46,540 bases of DNA, from assembly GCA_032718475.1 (NCBI GenBank), contig JAUCBJ010001205.1, positions 1-46,540 on the forward strand, given 5' to 3'. The translations under genes were made by a program, and so were the position numbers. Source of the stretch: Nemertoderma westbladi (Eukaryota; Animalia; Xenacoelomorpha). Shown here in pieces: positions 35,511 to 46,540 of this stretch. The notes beneath the pieces are model-generated. The model saw only the letters and a program-made list of their open reading frames with translations, ran no database searches and was not told where the DNA came from. The first letter of the stretch is position 1; every line of letters begins with the position of its first letter.

Positions 35511-37599
35511 ATTGTTGTTGAAATTTGAAACACTACCTCAACATTGTTGTTAGCATGAAGTCGGAATTTTAGATTTTTCGAATTTTCGATTTCGTTTTAA
35601 AAAGTGTCTTTTGCGAAATCGCACCCTCTGTATCGTGGCCATTCTTCACATTAGTCGTAATTTTTCATATTCATTAGAAAGTTTGGGTTGCTTAACTTCG
35701 CTGAGAAACAGCTGAGATATAGCCGTTCAAAGATTGCAAGAAGTATCGTTCGCTGTAGACTACTTATTCCTATTTAATATATACACTAAATTCTATAACG
35801 TACTGTATTATACGTATTGTATGAGTTTGTGGCCAACAGCCATGGCAACAGCGATATGCCTATACAATATCTCTATTGCGTAGCTATTCATACATAAACA
35901 AAATGGTGCAGAACGTTGTGTATTTATTTAATAGAATAAATGGCCTGCAGCGAACGTTACATTCTTGCAATCTCTGAACGCCTGATATCTCAGCCGTTTC
36001 TCAACGAATTTCAGATATTGTTACATAATTTTGAATCCTTGCAAGGAAAGCTTTCCAATGATATGAAGAAATTACGACTAATGTGAAGAATGGCCACGAA
36101 TCGGCCACGGGTGCATTTCGCAAAAGACGTTTTTTCAAAACGATTATAAAAAAATAGAGGCAAAATCGAAAATTCCGGCTTCATGGTTTAACTAGTTCTA
36201 TTTCAAATTTCCAGCAATATGATAAAGATTTGTAGAAAAATCTGGGGGGGGGGGGGGGGGGGGGTCCGGGTCATCAGAAAATGACACCATGTTGCGGGTC
36301 ATGGTGTAGTTGATGGCTTTTGTAAATCAGTTTGCGAATCAGCAATGTTGGTTTTATGTTAGTTTGGTGAATTCGCTGTGGATGCTGCGTCAATATTTGC
36401 GGTGAATATGCTGCGATTTTTTTGCGCATTTCCCATGAATTTTCCTGTAACTGGCCGTAAAATTAGCCGTATTTCAAAGCCAAAAAATTTATGATTATAT
36501 GATACCTTTATGGGCGATGATGCGATGCCTACAGAATATCGACCTGACATTAAAACAATGTCATCACCAACAAAGGATTCATCAAATTAGAATTCGCCTT
36601 GGCTTTGTTATCTACTTGACTGCTTCTAATATTTGCATTCGATTATTTGATCAACCTTTGAAGTTCACTAACAACCAATCAAAGTGACAATACACCACAA
36701 TCTAAGGTACACCATAGAAAATATACATTACTGGTACACCACAATGTATAGCAGAGCAGACGGTGCAAAGTTGCATTACACCCAGGGACGGATTAAAGGG
36801 GGGGGGGGGGGGGGGGGGACAGGGGCAGCTGCCGGGGGCCCGCAAGTTGGGAGAATTTTACCGAACATAACCTCCTTTATTTATTTATTTATTTATGGCT
36901 GTTCAATAAATATTTAGAGTATATCTCACATATAGCACCATTCAGAGCACTGTGTCCCATAGATTGTTTAAATTGTTTTAAAAAAATGTTGAAAGTTTAA
37001 AGTAAAGGAAAACGTTAGCAAAAGGGTCGATTAGTAAATTATTACTGTATTACAATAAACATTTAATTTACCTTTCAATTATATTTATCTGAAATCATTC
37101 ACGAGTTCAGTAGTCACAAGGTAATTGTTCTATCTAATTCATTGATATAGGCCTACCAATATAGTCGTTCCTAAATATAGAATTGATGTCTTTGTCTTTT
37201 GGATGGTGTAAGTTTAGGAAAAAAATATTATTATTTAAATAATAATGGACTATTATTCGATAAAAAAAAGTACGCGGAAATCACCGCTTTTTTCACTGAT
37301 TTCCAATTTCAATTCAACTATTCTGTCCATAGTGTTTTCCATTACGATTTACTGTATATCGAATATATTGTTTTATTTGAAAAGTTACTTATTTATAGCG
37401 TTACTTATTTTTGGGACCAAAATGTTATCCACCCTTTACTTTATCCACCCTCTCCTCCCTTTACATGCGGTATACATACTTAGAATGTTTATTTTATGAT
37501 GTACGAAATGAATAAAATAAATAAATAACACAGCAAATAGACATACACAATAATGTGGGGCGAGCGACAATGTATTCGGGCTTAGCAAATTCGGGTATC

Positions 37600-37830
37600 G
37601 CCGTTGTCTGTCAGTCTGTCTATCGGTCAGCCTCAGCCTGTTTGAAGGCTAAAAGTACTCGGTTTGAAGGCTAAAACTGTAACTCAGTTAATCTTTGATG
37701 AAATTAAAAATTTTATTAAACTTGGTACACATATAACCTGACAAATGTCTGAAAAAGAATTTGCTTGTGGTGAGACATCAGTTCTTCAGTCTTCCACCAG
37801 AGGGCGACGAGGCAACGGTTTAAATAACAG
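37600..37830 (+). repeat. interspersed repeat, related copy at ~34310-34505
   Basis: Shared GTCTGTC-like tract, CTTTGATGAAATTAAA..AAACTTG.TACAC, and GAGGGC..GCGGTT.AAATAACA. Confidence 0.55.
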
Positions 37831-38902
37831 CAACAAAACGTAGTTCAATGATTAATTGAGAACAAGATATAGAAATATAGATCAAAAATCCTAAAAGGTC
37901 CACGATAAAACTAATTGAGTAGGCCTAACCTTCGTCTTTATTAAATTCTATATGTTTATTAATTCGGACAGAAAATTTACATGGGAAATCAGTTCGAATT
38001 GACGGTCTGAGAATTATCGGTTGGAGAATTTACATAGAAAATCAAATTCTCAATCCGAGAATTGTTGGTCAAAGAATGTAGGAAGTTGACTTATATTTCG
38101 GCGCGAACGACGCCTCATATTATGTAACTTGGCAGTATGATAATAATCTCTGCGTTGTGTCTGCGGATGCTCTGATCCCCTGCAGTTAAACTGATATTTT
38201 GCGACATAGACTTTGCGACATTTGGGATAATAATCCCCCGCGGCAGTGTTCCATTCTACCGCTAGTCGGCTGAAATGAATACATTTTAGAAATGTCTGAA
38301 ATGAAAACCTTCAGCCATTTCGCATGATTATTCATGGTTTTTGTGAGGTCTTAAATCGACTGCAGTTACCCAGTCTGCATCTAGATGGTAAAGTGATTAG
38401 GGGTCACGTCCCTACTCACTTTACTTAGATTTTGCATTTACAGTATTCTTTCGAGTTGTCACTTAACATAAGTATGTCACGTGCTGCGCGAAGGCCCCAC
38501 TTCGTGTATGCCTATACTAGACGAAAAAATTTAGTGATGACGAGGGGGGCATGATACTGAAGTAATATTCTTGGGGATGGTGTATTTTCACTAATTTCAC
38601 TTAGCTTTTAATTTAACTTATTTTATAACAAATATTTGTCGTCATTGATATTCAATTCATAAAGAAGATGTTTCACATATTATACCAGGTTAGTCATTCG
38701 GGCCGAATTATTTAACTAATTTCTGGGAGCGACAGACTCCCATTGTGTAGAGCCTATTTATAATAAAAGTAATATTAACCTGGGTGACGTATTACATACA
38801 ATTATTATAAACAATAAACATTTATTGTTTTATCAATAATATTTATTTCTTTTTATTACTACTGTAAATATATACAATTTATCCGTATACACCATAGCAT
38901 AA

Positions 38903-39772
38903 CCCTTAATACAACAACCATTTTTAGGGGGTCGGAGCCCCCCCCCCCCCCCCCCTATTTTTTAAAATTTCAATAAAATGCTACGAAATTTGGTATGATG
39001 ATAGATCGATACCTTTTCTTACTGGTGGCCTGGCCGGATTTTTTAATTTATGAGCTATTTCGATACAACAAGCCGTTAAAAATCGTCTATTTCGCAATAT
39101 TTAGCCACCTCCGTCAGCTTTATTTTTCGTCTTTCGAATGAAATCTAGATATCATTATAACCGCCTTCATCTGCAGATTCGGAATATGAAACCCGTTGTA
39201 AATTTCACCAAGAACTTCCGGAGATATTATCAAAATACTAAGGTGTAAATTTTTGTGACGTAAATCGCTATAATTCTAATGTTTTATTTACTCAATTCTA
39301 GAATATTAATTATGGATAATGAAAAAACAAGATGGAGAGTTTTATACGCTCAGCTAAATAATAATTAATATTCTAGAATAAAGACAACAAAACATCAGAA
39401 TTATAGCGATTTACGTCTCTAAATTTACACATTAGTATTTTGATAATATCTTTACCAATTTTTGGTCAAATTTAAAACGGTTTTCAGATTCGGACTCTAC
39501 AGACGAAGGCGCTTGGAATGATATCTAGATTACATTTCAAAGACGTAAAATAAAGTCTACGGAGGTGGTTAAACATTGCTAAATAGACATTTTTTAAGGG
39601 ATTGTTATATGGAAATAACTGAGAAATTGAAAAATCCGGCCTGGCCAGCAGTAAGAAAAGGTGTCGATCTATCATCATACCGAATTCCGTAGCATTTTAT
39701 TAAAATTTGAAAAAAATTAGGGGGGGGGGGGGGGGGGCTCCGACCCCTTAAAAGTGGTTGTTGTATTAAGGG
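38903..39772. mobile_element. almost fully palindromic foldback MITE (CCC...GGG ends, piggyBac-like)
   Basis: CCCTTAATACAACAACCA..GGGGTCGGAGCCCC pairs with GGGGCTCCGACCCC..TGGTTGTTGTATTAAGGG. Arms pair for ~400 bp towards a centre near 39330. The TTAA TSD is not intact. Confidence 0.85.
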
Positions 39773-40091
39773 TTGTTTGTGGTGTACAGTATGTACGTAC
39801 CTACTGTATAAACTTATTTTTTGAAATCTTTAAATAATAAATGTCACTTAAAAAGTCGAAAAATTCTAAAATTGCAGAATAAGTTGTTTGTTTACAATTT
39901 AACAGACCGAAACGAGTACCAATATCGGAAAAACTGAAGCAGTTATTTTCTGTGATAATTAATTATCGGTATAGGCCTATCCTATACTTCGCAACATTAA
40001 ATTATTTTATTTCGTAGGTATCAGGGTATCACTTACATTTGAGAAACTGGCAATACATTCTATTGTTTTCAATTATCTTACATATTTCACT

Positions 40092-40332
40092 CAGATAGGG
40101 GGGGAAACTGGACGCAATAAAAATTCATCCATCTCCGGGGGAAATTCGACGCAAATAACAGCTGATTATACTCAAAAATAAAACTGCAACCTGTTCTATT
40201 GTGCTTACTTTATTGTTTTGATTAAATTAACGTGCCACTGTAACCTGCTCCTTTCCCTAAATGGAGAATATAACATTCAGGCGGGATATGATTTCGCCAA
40301 GGCGGGTTTTGCGTCGAGTTTCCCCCCTGTCT
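40092..40332. mobile_element. small MITE; related fragment at ~26768-26860
   Basis: TIRs AGGGGGGGAAACTGGACGCAA / TTGCGTCGAGTTTCCCCCCT. The left half is the reverse complement of 26768-26860. Confidence 0.7.
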
Positions 40333-40389
40333 CATTTCACTACATTGTAAATTGTAAAGTATTATTTATTATTACCGTATTATTATTGT

Positions 40390-41235
40390 AGGGCCTTGTC
40401 TCCCGACAACATATGTTCATCATAATTTCAGCATATGGGATTCCTGAGGAAATATTGCAGTATATGATGGTTGATGGTGACACAGATCCATTCGAAGTCT
40501 TATGGGGAGTCCTTCAGGGTGACACACTTTGTGATTGATTATCACTAAAAGGAGCCCAAAGGCTCCTCTGCTCATTGGAGCTGGTGTGTTCTAGTGTTGG
40601 TCTTTTTGTAAACTCTAAGAAGACCAAAATTATGACAGTGATAGTGAACCTTGACAGCCATAAACAAATGCCTGATCAAAAGGACATAGCTCCAGAGATG
40701 GCTTGCTTGAGCACGTGGATGACATCTGCTACTTGGGATCATGGATCCGAAAGTCAGGTGATGATCTTGGGATACTCAAGGCGAGGCCTGGGCAGTATTG
40801 AATAGCCTGTCCAGGATTTGGAGGTCCCATAGAATAAAACGGAACCTCGAGGTTATCCCGAATCCCGAAAATTGGGGATCCCAATCCTGTTGCTACACTA
40901 ATCTATACAACATTGGAGGTGTTTAATTAGTCTCCCCTAGATTGAAACTTGAGCGGATCCGCCTCCACTTTGTAGGACATGGCTTTCGATCATGAGGACC
41001 AGCCAGTGCATAATATTGTGCCTTGGCGCCCTCATGGATTGAATAAGCATGGTGGACAGCCCATGACTTTCTTGAGACGCATCTTAATGGACACTAGCCT
41101 TGAAGACGCGGATGACCTAGCAAATGTCATGGGTGATAGGGAGTTGTGGTGCGAAGTATATATTAATATATATAATATATTAATGATAATAAATATAATG
41201 AAGCTGCAATGCAGCATGCCTATAGTAGTAGTAGT
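40390..41235 (+). mobile_element. multiply deleted relic of the same RTE-like LINE as 20794-23527
   Basis: Shares HGxNKHGGQPMTFLRRIL..LEDADDLANVMGDRELW and the 3' end GCTGCAATGCAGCATGCC..TAGTAGTAG. Confidence 0.88.
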
Positions 41236-41292
41236 GCATTTTTAATTTTTTTTCAACTGTGTTAATTGTTTTTTATAATTACTTTTATATAG

Positions 41293-41718
41293 ATTTGGAT
41301 TATCGTCGCAACTCTACAAACAGCTCTTCTCGCCCCCAAGATTGAAGACGACTTTTCCGAGAAAGACATTCCGAAGGGTCTGTCTGTGGATGCGGATGAC
41401 GAGACTTGTTCCGGGTTCGGAGGCCAACCAATGTGCAACGAGACGACTTTCCGGATGTGGGACAACGGTTTAGGGAAGTTCCCTCGTCACATGGCCACAG
41501 TTGATTGCGGCGCCTGCAACGGGGCGCTGTGCCAACCCTACCGCTGCTATGCGTACGTGTTCGATACCGGACGCATCGCTAGTTGTATCCGTAAACAGAG
41601 CCTCGATCCGAAACAGTTCGGAACCAAAAAGGATCTGAAAATCATAGAATCATGCTTCTCGGATTGGAAGTCGGCTAATGTCATGGAAACAGTAGTGGGG
41701 TGTAAAAACACATTATAA
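41293..41718 (+). CDS. terminal exon of a secreted cystine-knot protein (IL-17 / PTTH-trunk / noggin-like)
   Basis: Acceptor TTTTATATAG at 41292, then hydrophobic IWIIVATLQTALLA. C..TFRMWDNGLGKFPRHMATVDC, CGAC..CQP and W......ETVVGC follow cystine-knot spacing. First exon not located. Confidence 0.7.
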   Translation: MWIIVATLQTALLAPKIEDDFSEKDIPKGLSVDADDETCSGFGGQPMCNETTFRMWDNGLGKFPRHMATVDCGACNGALCQPYRCYAYVFDTGRIASCIRKQSLDPKQFGTKKDLKIIESCFSDWKSANVMETVVGCKNTL

Positions 41719-43608
41719 ATGACAAATCATATAAATTTCGGACACATTCAAGTCGGATGTTAAACGAAAATTTGTTATTACTACAGTATAACTGTATACT
41801 ATACATACAGTGTTATAATTGTTAGGTAGGCCTGCACTTCTACAGACATATTTATTTCGTTATTATTCAATTGATGATATCTATAAATGTATATCTTGAA
41901 GATGAAGTTTTAAGGAGCATTGCCATTATGCTATTGACAGATAATAATGGTAAATTAAGGTGAATATTATTTTTTAAAGAATTTTACGAGTGTCAACCCG
42001 AATACAGAACATAACTAAGTAATCTCATCCAATTGATTACAGTGTAGCACTAGTGTAGGTATCCCGATATCCTGTGATTGCTTTTAGCAGGATTATACTT
42101 CTAGTTTGTAACCGGAACCGCTCGCCAACCCACCGATCGCCCACCTGCACTCATGCGCAAATTTAGATGCATCCCCATTGCATCCTTCCGGAACGAGTTA
42201 TGTACAATTTGGAATTCATTTACTTGAAACTGCCATGTGCAACATTGAACGGCTAATGTATCTTAAAGATCTTTCGGATATTGCAAGTTCTAACGTAATT
42301 ATGGTTAGAATTAGTAGCCATCACTGCCTTCTCGGTTCTCGATAATTAAGTTTTTCTTAAATTTCTTCAATAATTATTATAGAATTGCTGTATCATGATG
42401 TACCTCCATGACGAGGCTGACATATCCTGTAGCTTACATAAGGCATATAACATAAGAGGCAGGCCCTGTCATTTAGAGTGTATTACAAGGAATATGTTAT
42501 TCCTTGTGTTTGTTATGGAAGACAAACAAAACCCTCTCAAACGTAATAATTCAATTTACGAAGTACAGTATTAGACGTTTTAGTATTATAGAGTTCACGG
42601 CTCAGGTACAACCCCCAAAGTAGGTGAAATTTTAAATTGGAACCCACTTCAAATATCCAGGACACTCAGACATCTTTACATATATATAATTTGTTTTAAC
42701 AAAGCTTCCTAATGATGTACTTTAAAAACCTCAAAACCAAAACACACAAAATTACGCGTTTTCGACAGCTAGAAAAGTAACTTCTAATTGAGGACACACG
42801 GGATGTGCCGACTTGTTTAAGACATGTCTGTTCTAAGAGCATCGCTACCTCTATTCCGAGAGTTTCGGTAATTTTTAAACTGTTCACTCACGAAACTTTC
42901 TATAATGATGTCTGTAATTAATTAGAAGGTCGTTATAGGGATACTTGCTGTCATAAAATCTGTGATTAATGGTGGTATGGGCCTATCGATGTTTGCAATT
43001 TACATGATCTAGTATAAAGAGTCACTCACTTAGCACAAACCCGTGGCGGCCCCATGTTGGTTCCTGCCTGGGCCTGCGTTGGATTCAAAAATATGAAAGC
43101 ATAGCAAAGGAAAGCGAAGCTGGTGTAGCATAGAAAACTATGCCGCAAACTAAATTTGTCGCCGATATTCGCATCTTTTTGACGCATACGATCCCTCAAA
43201 TCCCCGATATGCCTGCACGCGCTCGGTTAAGTAAACCTTTTAGCTAAACCATTGTTTTTTCATATAGAAGTACTTGATCATAAAATCGTGAATAAAAACG
43301 ATTGAATGTTAACGCTATCAGTTTTAAGCAAATCACATTTCAAATTTCAGCGAATTTATCTCTCGTCTCAATGTTTAATCTCCCAATCCTGCGCTTTGCA
43401 TACCTAACTAAGTGCAAAGTAGTTAGTACGAAGCCCCCTTGTTTTAAATCTAAATAAATTAAAAATTGTAGTTGGTCATTTAGTCAACTCAGAGGTAAAT
43501 TACATTACATTGAATGACCAACATGCAGCGCAGTAGAAGTCGTATATGATAACGAAATTGACCGAACTAATATAATTATTGTTATACAAATTTATTGCAA
43601 TATTAGAC

Positions 43609-43940
43609 CATGACCCATGGCGTCATTATTATCTGACGACACGGACCTCTGTCATCCCAAATTTTTCTACAAATCTTTATCATATTGCTTAAAATTTGAA
43701 ACACAACTAGTTCCACTCACCGTCGATGTCCCCATGAATCCGGAATTTTCAATGTTGCCTCTTTAATATTTTGTTTATAAGAGTTTTAAAAAAGTGTCTT
43801 TTTCGAAATGCACCCTTCGTAATTGCACCCACCATTATTCACATTAATTTCGGTTTGTACATGACGTAAGAAAGCTTGCGTTACAAGGATTCCAAATATG
43901 CAAAAATGTCAAATTTCTTTGAGAAACAGCTGGGATATAC
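43609..43940. repeat. partial diverged copy of the 34676-36303 foldback arm
   Basis: TTTTTCTACAAATCTTTATCATATTGCT, CATGAATCCGGAATTTT and AAAAAGTGTCTTTTTCGAAATGCACCC match that element. Confidence 0.7.
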
Positions 43941-46540
43941 ATACTAAAATATGATATGCCAAAATTATAGCAAGCAAGCTTTCCAATGGTTCATCTACTG
44001 ATTGATTAGGGTCATCTTCCAAATGGGGGTGTGTAGGTGTGTGTGTGTCGGAAGACATAATTATCCGGAGACAATAATAATTAAAAATGAGGCCTTAATA
44101 TAATAATAACTGTTCTTTGATGTAGAGCCATCTTATAGCTGCAGCCCGAACGCTCCAAATCTGGTTATATTTCATGCATATTATATCTGTAAAAAACTGG
44201 CAGGTGGGTGGGTGGTGGGGGTGGGCACTGAATTAAGAAACCATATTCGAAGGACACGGTGTATAGAAGAAGCGTTCCGTTATTACGGATGTAATTTCAT
44301 ACATGAACGCGGAGCGCAACGCTGCTTCATATACAATATCCGGGTCAACCGTGAAGGTAGGAAGTTATTCTTAAAGACAGTTAGTTAGTTCCATGAGAGG
44401 GATGACAGTTCATCGGAAAATCGTAATGGGCTGCTGTGCATATCTGCAACAGCTATATTATTGTATATGGCTGCCATATTGCTACGGCTCGAAGCACAAG
44501 ATGGTCGTGCATCCTTGGATGGCCATAATTAAGTTACTGAAGTGTTAAATTTGATTCTATTTATAAAACTGAATTTGAATTTACACATACCATTTAAACT
44601 TTAAATTATGCTGATTTAACTTGATATTTATGACTTTTGAGTTTGGATATTTCAATGAATCAAAACCACCTTTGAATCAACAAATTAAGGTTGCATTCTT
44701 GCAGAGTGCAAGTTGTCAATATTTTGTGAACCAATCTGTTTATTGGGGTCGTCATGCTTACCTATATATCAACACCTTAAAAGGAGCGACAAGGTTTGAT
44801 CGGAATAATAAAATTGATATGCCAACAAAGTTGCCTACTTAATGGATTAACAGTTAACAGATAAAAGTTTGAAAAGCAAACAAACCCAATGCATTTATAC
44901 CGGTACCAGAGTAGAGTCGGCAGCACATTAAAGATTTCGTCTGGTTTGATATTTGGAGCTGAAGGGAGGTGCCCTTAGGCTTGGCCATTCCTTAATTAAT
45001 GCGCAGTCACCAGCCAACCATTTCCCGGATGTCAGAGTTAGAATAATATAAGAGGCAAATTATTTAATTCCTTTTTTTGGTTTGATTATTATAGATAAGA
45101 CATATGAGCTTATTTATATATTCACGGTTAATCTTATTATTCTGAAATATGATTGTATAAACCCAAGGTATTCTCTGCTAGCCAGCATTCCAGATATTAA
45201 TTACCGGGAATTTATGCGCTGAAAATAACGATTATAATTTTGATTATATTCCATTTCATTCGACCATAAATAGATTCCACCCCGGCACTAACAACTTGAG
45301 CTGTGAAATTCTAAACAACCTAACAGTCTTAATCGCTAAAAGTATTTTAACGTAGTCAAGTTTAAACCGAAACACACATAAAAATAAACGGCGTTCAACA
45401 TACAACAAGGTGCAAACTCGTAAACACATTCTACGCCAGTTTTGGTGGGAAGTTGACGAAGCGATTATTCCCCCCCCCCCACCCCCCCAGATTTGTTGAT
45501 GTAAGAGGATGGCCACAGGATGATATTTCGTAAAGGTTAATCTCTCGTGCGCATAAATATAATCAGATACATTTTTTCTGCAGCGAGATGCTCAATTTTA
45601 CAAGTAGTGGTAGTGAGCTAAACAGTCACCATACCGATAAATATGGAACAATAACACTTAACTGGGACTGAACTTTAAAGACAAAAACGATAAACTAGTA
45701 TTATAGAACGATCAATAAACAAACAACAACGCCAGTTTTCATTATTTAAACGTTTTTATTCCAAAATTGTAACAACTCAACGCCATTAGTATTAACAGCG
45801 AGTTGTTATTTAGCACTTTACAACTTTAGAGGACATTACAGCATTGTATTGGCCTGCACATTTAGTATTGTATTGGTGTATTATTATTTAAGTAATGTCC
45901 CATTGGCGTGACTTTACATCACGCCGCCATCAACGCCGTCGACAAAATAGTTGGTATTTATTATTAATTGTCTGACTGTCAGATAGGCCTACTGTATTAC
46001 CTACCGGTAGCTATTAATAACCAGTAGCTATATTATTAACATGGCTCCAAACGCCATCATAAATATAATCTAACTCATTTATAACATAATTTATGTCATT
46101 TTTACATCTATTTATACAGCAACTAATTTAATTTGTGCAGTTTCTATCACTTATAATATATACTGTATATACAATCATTTCGTAATTGTGATACAATTTT
46201 GGAATAAAACTACATACATACTTGTTGCAAAGTATTTTACAGTGTTCTGATCCTCGTGGCTTTATTTTCACTCACAAACTACGTTCGTTCATGTAGAAAA
46301 GCACTCGGATGATCACACTGTAAATGGGGCCGTCCAAGTATGACGTCTGCACTTTTCCCCAAAATGTTGACCCCCTCCCTCCCCTAAATCAGATGTCATC
46401 AGATAGGCGCTGACCCCCCCCCCCTCCCCTAAATCAGATTAAAAAAATTTTCGCGACCTAATCACTGAAACATGGTGACTGGTAACTGAAACAGAAGGTC
46501 GTGCTATGGGCCTTCAAGGGCTTCGAACAATTAAAATAGG

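Larger units (their letters stand above)
34676..36303. mobile_element. foldback/MITE with long TIRs carrying nested insertions
   Basis: CATGACTCG..GTGTCATTTTCTGATGAC pairs with GTCATCAGAAAATGACAC..CGGGTCATG. Arms 35555-35760 and 35950-36185 are reverse complements. Confidence 0.8.

Overview
AT-rich eukaryotic (probably invertebrate animal) genomic DNA dominated by transposable elements; nothing prokaryotic was seen. It holds two divergent BEL/Pao LTR retrotransposons on +. The first has an open pol running off the window start and is followed by RNA-structure-rich DNA and a Zn-knuckle ORF. The second is decayed and flanked by arrays of structured repeats, a uORF coupled to gag and an orphan 3' ORF. 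Two tandem intronless-CDS intracellular serpins on - have near-identical scaffolds but different reactive-centre loops, and are separated by an RTE-like LINE with a 19-bp TSD. There is also a second decayed LINE, several MITE/foldback elements, a solo LTR, tandem repeats and an exon encoding a secreted cystine-knot protein. The most unusual signals are the covarying structured-RNA arrays and accessory ORFs associated with the two BEL/Pao elements.
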